A stretch of 64,000 bases of DNA from an uncultured Spirochaetota bacterium (GTDB lineage: Bacteria > Spirochaetota > Brevinematia > Brevinematales > JAOACQ01), in NCBI GenBank assembly GCA_963835575.1, contig CAWIGG010000002.1, positions 1,120,001 to 1,184,000 of the forward strand, given 5' to 3'. This document shows positions 54,235-62,252 of the stretch, in pieces. Under the pieces are notes generated by a model. The model made no database searches and was not told the DNA's origin. It saw only the letters and a list, made by a program, of their open reading frames with translations. Each line of letters begins with the position of its first letter. Position 1 is the stretch's first letter. The translations under genes were made by a program, and so were the position numbers.

Positions 54235-55028
54235 TTCTCCAGATAAATTACAGCATCAGCCGGCATTCCGGGCTTTAAGGATTGATCTGTGTTGTCCAGA
54301 ACAATTTTAACGGCAAACATCAGCTTTACCCTTTCATCCTTTGTCTGAATTGTTTTAGGGGTGAATTCGGCTTTGTTTGCGATAGCGGATACTTTTCCGA
54401 TAAAATCCTTTTTAGGAAAAGAATCCACATGGATGACAGCTTTCATGCCCAGCCGGACCAGGCCCAGTTTTTTTTCATCAACATATATCTTGATAAAAAC
54501 TTTTTTTAAATCAGCCATTGTCAGAATTGCCGATCCCGGGAATGCCATCTCGCCTATTTCCAGATTTCTTTCAAATATAGTACCGTCTATAGGCGAATAA
54601 ATAACAGCGTTTTCAATATTAGCGGTTATTAAATCATTATCAGCTTTAGCAACCCGGTAAACAGCTTCAGCATTATCCAGTTCCTTTTTTGAGACAGAAC
54701 CTATGCCGAACAATTCTTTAACCCTTTTCAAGTTCTGTTCGGCGTTTTCCAGGTTTGCCCTGGCAGAAAAACGCTCCGCTATCAGTTCATCATATTCCAG
54801 CTTGATGATCAGTTGCCCTTTTTTCACTTCGCTTCCTTCATCAAAAGGCAGTTCGGCAATCATTCCAGCGATTTTCGAGCTGATCTCTATCTCAGTTACT
54901 TCAATGGTGCCCGACCCTTCAATATTTTTATTGCTTATATTCAAATTCCTGAAAATTTCAAAATAAAGAGTCGCCAATATCAGGACAACAACTGCTGCAG
55001 CGATAGGAATTATTGCTTTGCTTTTCAT
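54231..55028 (-). CDS. HlyD-family periplasmic adaptor (YbhG-like)
   Basis: N-terminal TM, SGTIE, lipoyl-like halves and AEFTPKTIQT. Confidence 0.9.
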   Translation of the reverse strand: MKSKAIIPIAAAVVVLILATLYFEIFRNLNISNKNIEGSGTIEVTEIEISSKIAGMIAELPFDEGSEVKKGQLIIKLEYDELIAERFSARANLENAEQNLKRVKELFGIGSVSKKELDNAEAVYRVAKADNDLITANIENAVIYSPIDGTIFERNLEIGEMAFPGSAILTMADLKKVFIKIYVDEKKLGLVRLGMKAVIHVDSFPKKDFIGKVSAIANKAEFTPKTIQTKDERVKLMFAVKIVLDNTDQSLKPGMPADAVIYLEN

Positions 55029-55058
55029 ATTCTCCTCCTTTCAATTTTACTATATCTA

Positions 55059-55222
55059 GGCAGTTCCAAAAACTCAATTATTTAGAACTGCCGACATTGT
55101 TTTGAATCATGCGACTGCTAAGTTCGCTTCGCGAACTCAACGCAGTAGCGTCATTTACATTAACCAAAAAGTTATTTAAATCCAGTGCAGTTCCAAAAAC
55201 TTAAGGTTTTTGGAACTGCACT
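55059..55222. repeat. REP/MITE-like composite palindromic element
   Basis: GCAGTTCCAAAAACT repeated at 55060 and 55187, each opening a hairpin; the second has a perfect 17-bp stem (55184-55222). A nested central hairpin AGTTCGC-ttc-GCGAACT lies between them. Confidence 0.7.
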
Positions 55223-55837
55223 TTATTTAATTTCTTGATGAACAGTTCTTAGTAAACTATCAGAAAATTTCTCAATAAAAACCTTTTTAATTTTTTTCAT
55301 ATCAATTCCATAACCCATGCTGATCTCTTCAGAAAGGCTGTAAAACATAATAAGCGGAATACCCTGGAAAAAAAGCATTTTGACAATAAATTCTTCTTTA
55401 TCTTCATTATTCTGGACATCCCTTTTCATCATTTCAAAAATGGCATCATAAAAAGCTTTCAATAGACCCATTACAAGATTCGCATCGACATTTTTTCTCA
55501 AAACTTCTGAAAGAATTAAACGTATGAAAGCTTTTTCCTGTCCGATTGTTTCATCCAGCTTGGCAACAAGCAATTCCGGCAATATTTTCTTTTCATTTTT
55601 TAAACTCTCCAGAGCTTCACTTAACTTTATTTTAGCATTTTCTATTATCTTGCTTATTAATTCTTTTAAGATATTTTCCTTGCTTTTAAAATGATAATAA
55701 AGCATCACTTTGTTGACCTGCGCTTTCGCAGCGATATCATCCATTTTTGTTTTATCATAACCATTTTCAATAAAGATATCTCTGGCAGCCGTCAGTATTT
55801 TTTCTTTTGTATCAGCAGTTGACTGCTTTTTTCTCAT
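55223..55837 (-). CDS. TetR/AcrR-family regulator
   Basis: KEKILTAA...F.E.GY..T.MDDIA..A.VNK.MLYYHF.SKE. Confidence 0.95.
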   Translation of the reverse strand: MRKKQSTADTKEKILTAARDIFIENGYDKTKMDDIAAKAQVNKVMLYYHFKSKENILKELISKIIENAKIKLSEALESLKNEKKILPELLVAKLDETIGQEKAFIRLILSEVLRKNVDANLVMGLLKAFYDAIFEMMKRDVQNNEDKEEFIVKMLFFQGIPLIMFYSLSEEISMGYGIDMKKIKKVFIEKFSDSLLRTVHQEIK

Positions 55838-55863
55838 GTTATACCCCTAATTTATACTCAGTA

Positions 55864-55922
55864 TTTAAACTCATAGTTTAAAGTAACAGTATAATTATAA
55901 TTTAATTCTATTTGACTGTCAA
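55864..55922 (-). promoter_or_regulatory. Consensus sigma70 promoter and candidate TetR operator
   Basis: Minus strand TTGACA (55922-55917), 17 nt, TATAAT (55899-55894); palindrome TTTAAACT-cat-AGTTTAAA (55864-55882) just downstream of the predicted start. Confidence 0.7.
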
Positions 55923-55986
55923 GGGTGGAAATAAAAATCTATCATTTTTTTTTTAACTGTTTTATAATAATAAAAAGAGGAATGAT

Positions 55987-58584
55987 ATGAACCCGTTAAC
56001 GACAGCCAGCTCCGGTATTGCGGGGTTTGATAATATAATAAATTTTCTCCGTATGGGGGACAATGTAGTCTGGCAGGTCGATGAGATCAGCGATTATAAA
56101 AATTTCGCTGTGCCGTTCGTCCAGAACGCGATCAAAGAAAATAGAAGGATTGTCTATATCCGTTTTGCAAAACATCCTCCTATTGTTCCAGAGAATTTCA
56201 ATATTCCCGTATATGAACTGGATATGAGCAGCGGTTTTGAAGGCTTCACTTCTCATCTGCATAAAATCATTAAAGAAGAAGGAAGGGATGTCTATTATGT
56301 ATTTGACTGCCTTTCTGATCTTCTTTCAGCATGGGCAACAGATTTGATGATCGGTAATTTTTTCATGATCACCTGCCCTTATCTTTTTGAACTCAATACA
56401 ATCGCTTATTTCGCCCTTTTAAGGAATTATCATTCTTTTAAAACCATAGCCCGTATCCGCGACACGACACAGCTGCTCCTGGATGTCTATAACATCAAAT
56501 CCAAAATTTATATACACCCGCTTAAAGTATGGAACCGCTATACTCCAACCATGTTTCTGCCGCATCTGGGCGATAAGGACCGTTTTACGCCATTAAAAAA
56601 CAGCGTCGATGCGGCCAAGCTATTTTCTTATCTTTCCAGGAAAGGCATTGAAAACGCGACCAGAAACCTGGATTATTGGGACCGCCTCTTTTTAAAAGTC
56701 GGTGAAATGATTGAAAATAAGGTTTCCGGTAATGAAGAATTTGAAATGATCCAGCAAATCTGTAAAATTATGATAGGCAGGGATGACAGGGTCATTAATC
56801 TATTCAGTAAATATTTTTCTTTATCCGATCTACTCCAGATTAAATCCCGCCTGATCGGTACCGGATTCATCGGCGGAAAAGCAGTCGGAATGCTTTTAGC
56901 GCGCAATATTCTTCAAAAAGATACTTCAGAAGACTGGCAGCAGCTTCTCGAACCGCATGATTCCTTTTATATCGGCTCGGATGTATTTTACAGCTACATA
57001 GTCCAGAACGGCTGGTGGAAGATGCGGATGGAACAAAAAACTGAAGCAGGGTATTTTGATACCGCACATATACTGAAAGATAAGCTCCTGCATGGCGAGT
57101 TTCCCGAGGAAATCAGGGAGCAGTTCATACAGATGCTGGAATATTTCGGCCAATCGCCCATAATAGTCCGTTCCAGCAGCCTTCTTGAGGACAGCTTCGG
57201 CAACGCCTTCGCTGGAAAATACGAAAGCTTCTTCCTTGTCAATCAGGGAACGCCCGATGAAAGATACGCTCAATTTGTCGAGGCTGTCAGGCAGATATAC
57301 GCCAGCACAATGAATGACGATGCGCTGGCATACAGGCTTCAGAGAGGTCTGGCCTTTATGGATGAACAGATGGCGCTTCTGGTTCAGAGAGTGTCAGGTT
57401 CATACCACCAGAAATATTTCTTTCCCGATCTTGCCGGTGTCGCCATATCTTACAATACTTTTGTATGGAAGGAAAATATGGATCCGAAAGCAGGCATGCT
57501 CCGTCTTGTATACGGCCTGGGCACAAGGGCTGTCAACCGAGTGGAAAATGACTATCCACGCATTGTCGCGCTGGATATGCCGCTTTTAAAACCCCATTCC
57601 GGTATGGACAATACAAGGCTTTTTTCACAGCATGAAGTTGATCTGCTGAATATCAAGGAAAATAAACTTGAAACAATCCCGTTCTTCAGGCTTATAAAGG
57701 AAGAAACCCAGTTAAAACTGGACCTTATTGCCGCCAGGGACTATGAAACAACACAGAGGATCAGGGATTCCGGTTCGCATGACGAAGCCTGGATAATAAC
57801 ATTTGACGAACTCTTTACTAAAACAAATTACACGGCATTGATGCAGAAAATACTCAAAATACTGGAAAATAAATATAATTATCCCGTTGATATGGAATTC
57901 ACCGCAAATTTTACCCAGGACAATGCGCTTCAGATAAACGTTCTGCAGTGCCGTCCTCTTCAAACACAGGGAAACTATAAGAAAATCGATATACCCGCTG
58001 ATATAGCTGAAAACAAAATCATTTTTCAGACTGAGGGCAACTTTATGGGCGGCAGCATCAATCAGCCGATTAAACGGATTATATATGTTGAACCGCAAAA
58101 ATACGGTGATCTCAATCTTTCTCAAAAATATGATGTCGCGAGACTGATCGGCAAAATAAACCGGCAGATTCAGGATAAAAACACTCTCCCTGCCCTTCTC
58201 CTGGGGCCGGGAAGATGGGGATCAACAACGCCTTCGCTCGGTGTGCCTATCAGTTTTTCTGAAATTAACAAAATAGCCGTACTGGTGGAAGTAGCCCATA
58301 CCATAGCCGGGCTTATGCCCGAACTTTCCTTCGGAACTCATTTTTTCCAGGACCTGGTGGAAACGGGAATTTTTTATGCTGCCATTTTCCCTGATAAGAA
58401 TAATGTGATTTATAATATTGAGCAGTTGAAGAACAATCAGAACCTTGTCGGACAATTAGTACCGGACATGAAGAGCTATGAAGAAACAGTAAAAGTTTAT
58501 GATTTTAATGACGATATTCCTCTTCTTCTCGCAGACCTGACTTCGCAGAAATTAGTTCTATACTTTAAAGAAGCAGAGGAATAA
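55987..58584 (+). CDS. PEP/pyruvate-binding (PPDK_N, ATP-grasp) domain protein with a degenerate KaiC/RecA-like N-terminus
   Basis: IGGKA, VRSSSLLEDS...AFAGKY.S, MALLVQ, PVDMEF and LQCRP; no C-terminal PEP-utiliser barrel. Confidence 0.8.
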   Translation: MNPLTTASSGIAGFDNIINFLRMGDNVVWQVDEISDYKNFAVPFVQNAIKENRRIVYIRFAKHPPIVPENFNIPVYELDMSSGFEGFTSHLHKIIKEEGRDVYYVFDCLSDLLSAWATDLMIGNFFMITCPYLFELNTIAYFALLRNYHSFKTIARIRDTTQLLLDVYNIKSKIYIHPLKVWNRYTPTMFLPHLGDKDRFTPLKNSVDAAKLFSYLSRKGIENATRNLDYWDRLFLKVGEMIENKVSGNEEFEMIQQICKIMIGRDDRVINLFSKYFSLSDLLQIKSRLIGTGFIGGKAVGMLLARNILQKDTSEDWQQLLEPHDSFYIGSDVFYSYIVQNGWWKMRMEQKTEAGYFDTAHILKDKLLHGEFPEEIREQFIQMLEYFGQSPIIVRSSSLLEDSFGNAFAGKYESFFLVNQGTPDERYAQFVEAVRQIYASTMNDDALAYRLQRGLAFMDEQMALLVQRVSGSYHQKYFFPDLAGVAISYNTFVWKENMDPKAGMLRLVYGLGTRAVNRVENDYPRIVALDMPLLKPHSGMDNTRLFSQHEVDLLNIKENKLETIPFFRLIKEETQLKLDLIAARDYETTQRIRDSGSHDEAWIITFDELFTKTNYTALMQKILKILENKYNYPVDMEFTANFTQDNALQINVLQCRPLQTQGNYKKIDIPADIAENKIIFQTEGNFMGGSINQPIKRIIYVEPQKYGDLNLSQKYDVARLIGKINRQIQDKNTLPALLLGPGRWGSTTPSLGVPISFSEINKIAVLVEVAHTIAGLMPELSFGTHFFQDLVETGIFYAAIFPDKNNVIYNIEQLKNNQNLVGQLVPDMKSYEETVKVYDFNDDIPLLLADLTSQKLVLYFKEAEE

Positions 58585-58601
58585 CATGAGAAATATGATC
58601 T

Positions 58602-59696
58602 TTATTGTTCAAGAAATCCGAAAACAGGCTCGCCCGCTGCCGGATGCCATACGCTGTCTAATTCAGGCTGTATAAGCCTTATAGCGCCTTCCTCACTCGA
58701 TACGAAAAGCGTTTTACCTTTTTTTGCCGCCACCAGAGGTCTGAGCTTAACCCTGTCCGAGAGGGCCATAAAACCGCCGTCAAAGCCGATGATAAAAGCG
58801 AAAGGCCCATTCAGAAGAAGGCTCCCATAGACAATCCTGAGCTGTGTATAGAGCTGTTTCGATTCTTCATCCATAGAATCAATATCCTTCCAGAACGGCG
58901 AGGCAAAAATCTTCGCCACTATATCCCAGGGCAGATTATGCCTTCGTTTTAAAAGATCGACCGCATAGGCGACCACTTCGGTATCAGTTCTCATCGTGCA
59001 TTCATATCCATAACTTTCAAGATATCTCCGGTTGATTCCATAGGATGATATTTCACCGTTATGAACAACGGAATAATTCAGCATGGTAAAGGGATGAGCT
59101 CCGCCCCACCAGCCGGGAGTATTTGTCGGAAAGCGGCTGTGCGCGATCCATGTATGGGCCTCATATTCCTCAAGCCTGAAAAAATCACCCAGTTCATGCG
59201 CTTCGCCGACGCCTTTAAAGGCCCCCATATTTTTCCCGCTGGAAACCACGAACACACCGTCGATTTTTTTATTGATAAACATGACTTTCGATACTACATA
59301 ATCATCCGGCTTTTCATGGACCAGCCTAGCGTCGGAAACATGGCAGAAATACCTGAAAAAAAGCGGCGGTTTCGGAATCTTAGGATTCTTTCTGGTCGGT
59401 ATCTGGTCTTCATAGATAATATCAAAATTTTGCTTAATATAATCCTTCCCCTGCTCCATGGCATAGCTGTCGTCATACATCACATGCAGGGCATAAAAAT
59501 CCTTATATGTATCATAGAGGCCGTAAACGGCAAAGCCTCCGCCCAGACCGTTGCCCCTTTCCTTCAGGTGCTCTATTCCCTTGATGATATCATTGCCGTT
59601 TATTTTCTTCCCATCCTGATTGATAAATCCGATCAATCCGCAGCCTGATATATCCTTTTCGTCGTAAGGAATGGCATCGGCATAATTATATGACAT
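58602..59696 (-). CDS. Stand-alone class II glutamine amidotransferase (GltB1-like)
   Basis: SGCGLIG, ERGNGLGGGF, AHSRFPTNTPGWWGGAHPF, HNGEISSY, TDTEV, NGPF and DR.KLRP; start MSYNY at 59696 after AGGGG. Confidence 0.88.
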   Translation of the reverse strand: MSYNYADAIPYDEKDISGCGLIGFINQDGKKINGNDIIKGIEHLKERGNGLGGGFAVYGLYDTYKDFYALHVMYDDSYAMEQGKDYIKQNFDIIYEDQIPTRKNPKIPKPPLFFRYFCHVSDARLVHEKPDDYVVSKVMFINKKIDGVFVVSSGKNMGAFKGVGEAHELGDFFRLEEYEAHTWIAHSRFPTNTPGWWGGAHPFTMLNYSVVHNGEISSYGINRRYLESYGYECTMRTDTEVVAYAVDLLKRRHNLPWDIVAKIFASPFWKDIDSMDEESKQLYTQLRIVYGSLLLNGPFAFIIGFDGGFMALSDRVKLRPLVAAKKGKTLFVSSEEGAIRLIQPELDSVWHPAAGEPVFGFLEQ

Positions 59697-59770
59697 AATT
59701 TTATTCCCCTTTATATATCTCAATATAATATTATAAAAATAAAACACAATAAAAACAACTTTTAAAAAAT

Positions 59771-59866
59771 AAAAACAGAGGCGGCAAGATTAATCTTACA
59801 AAATCACTGCCGCCTTTTATTATATTATTCCAGGCCAAAGGCGATATTGTTCAATATCGCCTTTGG
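59771..59866 (-). terminator. Two hairpins 3' of the GSIII gene
   Basis: Perfect CCAAAGGCGATATTG/CAATATCGCCTTTGG (59835-59866), then an AGGCGGCA...TGCCGCCT stem (59779-59815) followed by a U-rich tract on the minus strand. Confidence 0.6.
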
Positions 59867-59875
59867 AAATGTTTT

Positions 59876-62074
59876 TTAGTATATGAACAGCATTTCCCTG
59901 TATTTAGGAAGCGTCCAGTACTCATCGCTGGTTATCTCTTCAAGATGGTCAACAATATCCCTCAGTTCAAACATAACCGGTAATACTTTCTTGCAGTATT
60001 CATGGGCCAGATCTTCCATATCAGAAACAGATTTTACTCCGTTCAGATTTTCCTCAAGCTGTTTTATTTTATTCTGCAGGTCAGATATTTTAGCCGCATA
60101 ACCGTTTAAAAATTCAACCTGTGTTTTTGAAGAAGCTTTATTAAAGCCGTCAACACTTAAAGCGGAACCGATCGATTGCGCGACAGAATTTTGATATTTC
60201 AGTACCGAGGGAAGGATCATCGTTTTAGCCATCGTTAATGCCGTTTCGGCCTCAATATTGACTATCTTTGAATACTGCTCCAGGTAAATGTGATATCTCG
60301 ATTCAATTTCCCTTGCCGATAAAACCCCTGTTTTAGTAAAAATCTCCTTGTTTTTCTTTGACACCAGGTCTTTAAGTGAATCAGGTGTATTTTTCTTATT
60401 CGGCAGGCCTCTTTTCTCCGCTTCTTTTTCCCATTCGGGATCATAATTATTACCTTCAAACCGGATGGCTTTTGTTTCTTTAATCGCTGGAACAATTGTC
60501 TCCATTACCGATTTGTTTAAATCCATTCCCTTTTTCATATTCGCTTCAATTGTGTCGGCAAATTCATTCAGCATTGTGGCTATGACCGCATTGAGCGTAT
60601 AATTTGCCGCCGCGATGGATTGCGATGAGCCGACTGCCCTGAACTCGAATTTATTGCCTGTAAAGGCAAAAGGGGATGTTCTGTTCCTGTCCGTTGTGTC
60701 TTTGCTGATTACCGGCAGCTTGCTGAGGCCCAGGTCGATAATCTGCTTGTCATCGTAATCCTGTTTTTTATTAGTTTCGATGCAGTCCAGAATTTGCGTC
60801 AGCTGTTCGCCGAGAAACACGGAAATAATAGCCGGAGGAGCTTCGTTGGCCCCCAATCTGTGGTCATTTGCAGCGGAAGCAATCGAAGATCTCAGTAAAT
60901 CGGCGTATTTGAAAACACCCTTTATTGTGGCTATTAAGAATGTCAAAAACTGGAGGTTTTCATGCGGCGTATTACCCGGCTCCAGAAGATTATTGCCTTC
61001 GGAATCTGATAACGACCAGTTATTATGCTTACCCGAGCCATTGATGCCGGCAAAAGGTTTTTCATGGATCAGCAAAGCCAGGTTATGCCGCGCCGCTATC
61101 TTTTTCAAAGTCTCCATTACCAGCTGATTATGGTCCGTTGCCACATTACTGTCCTCAAAAATCGGCGCTATCTCAAATTGAGCGGGAGCCACTTCATTGT
61201 GTCTTGTTTTTGAAGGAATCCCCAGTTTAAAAAGCTCCGTGTCCACATCCTGCATAAACGCGATGATTCTTTCCCTGATGCTGCCGAAATAATGGTCTTC
61301 CATCTGCTGGCCTTTCGGAGAACTTGCGCCGAAAAGGGTGCGTCCGGTGAGAAGCAGGTCTGGTCTTCTGTTATAATAAGCCCTGTCTATGAGAAAATAT
61401 TCCTGTTCAGGTCCTACTGTTGAATATACCCTTGTGGCTATATCATTTTTAAAAAGCTTTAACACTCTAAGGGCCGCTTTGTTGATTGCCTCCATTGAAC
61501 GGAGAAGAGGGGTTTTTTTATCAAGAGCCTCACCAGTATAAGAGAGAAATATAGTCGGTACGCAAAGTGTAGCCCCGGTGGCATTCTCTATAAGGAAAAT
61601 CGGTGATGTCGGGTCCCAGGCTGTATAACCCCGGGCTTCAAATGTCGCTCTGATGCCGCCGCTCGGGAAGCTGGACGCGTCCGGTTCTCCCTGGCTCAGG
61701 TTTTTTCCGGAAAAACGGTTGATCGGCATACCTTCTTTATCAAAACTGAAAAAGCTGTCATGTTTTTCAGCGGTCAGGCCTGTCATAGGCTGGAACCAGT
61801 GTGTAAAATGGGTAGCGCCCTTGCTGATCGCCCATTCCTTAACGCCATGCGCTACTTCTTCCGCCAGCTGGTCATCAATTTTTCCGCCTGACTTGATAAT
61901 GTTTTTTAACTTCTGATAGGCTGAATAAGGCAGGAATTTCCTCATTGCCGTATCATTAAACACATTCTGCCCGAAGATATCCGCCGGAGAAATACCTTTA
62001 ACTGTTTCACCATAACGGTACTTCAGGCTATTTTTTTCCACTATTTCCTTGATGGCATCTTCTCGACTATTCAT
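59876..62074 (-). CDS. glnN: Glutamine synthetase type III
   Basis: 732 aa; GATHFTHWFQP, GEPDASSFPSGG, HNEVAP, HEKPFAGINGSGKH, HRLGANEAPP and DRNRTSPFAFTGNKFEFR. Confidence 0.95.
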   Translation of the reverse strand: MNSREDAIKEIVEKNSLKYRYGETVKGISPADIFGQNVFNDTAMRKFLPYSAYQKLKNIIKSGGKIDDQLAEEVAHGVKEWAISKGATHFTHWFQPMTGLTAEKHDSFFSFDKEGMPINRFSGKNLSQGEPDASSFPSGGIRATFEARGYTAWDPTSPIFLIENATGATLCVPTIFLSYTGEALDKKTPLLRSMEAINKAALRVLKLFKNDIATRVYSTVGPEQEYFLIDRAYYNRRPDLLLTGRTLFGASSPKGQQMEDHYFGSIRERIIAFMQDVDTELFKLGIPSKTRHNEVAPAQFEIAPIFEDSNVATDHNQLVMETLKKIAARHNLALLIHEKPFAGINGSGKHNNWSLSDSEGNNLLEPGNTPHENLQFLTFLIATIKGVFKYADLLRSSIASAANDHRLGANEAPPAIISVFLGEQLTQILDCIETNKKQDYDDKQIIDLGLSKLPVISKDTTDRNRTSPFAFTGNKFEFRAVGSSQSIAAANYTLNAVIATMLNEFADTIEANMKKGMDLNKSVMETIVPAIKETKAIRFEGNNYDPEWEKEAEKRGLPNKKNTPDSLKDLVSKKNKEIFTKTGVLSAREIESRYHIYLEQYSKIVNIEAETALTMAKTMILPSVLKYQNSVAQSIGSALSVDGFNKASSKTQVEFLNGYAAKISDLQNKIKQLEENLNGVKSVSDMEDLAHEYCKKVLPVMFELRDIVDHLEEITSDEYWTLPKYREMLFIY

Positions 62075-62252
62075 TTTTATCTCCTTTTATTTTAATAATC
62101 AATCAAATATTATAAGGACAATTATTATAACAAAAATCATATAAAAACTCCAGAAAATGTTATAATTCAACCTTCTTTCCATTGATAATTTTGATTGATT
62201 TTCATATACTATTGCTGATCAAAACTAATACTTCTTATTTAAGGAAGCCGGT

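Noticed and set aside
55059..55222. Possible CRISPR mini-array
   Set aside because: Only two imperfect copies, about 127 bp apart, with a structured spacer and no cas genes in the window
59061..59648. 195-aa plus-strand ORF, and similar antisense ORFs within gmd, nrdJ, rho and the ABC genes
   Set aside because: They are fully antisense to well-supported genes and have no motifs of their own
62075..62252. Sigma54 promoter or glutamine riboswitch between glnN and glnE
   Set aside because: No TGGCAC-N5-TTGC motif or recognisable structured RNA
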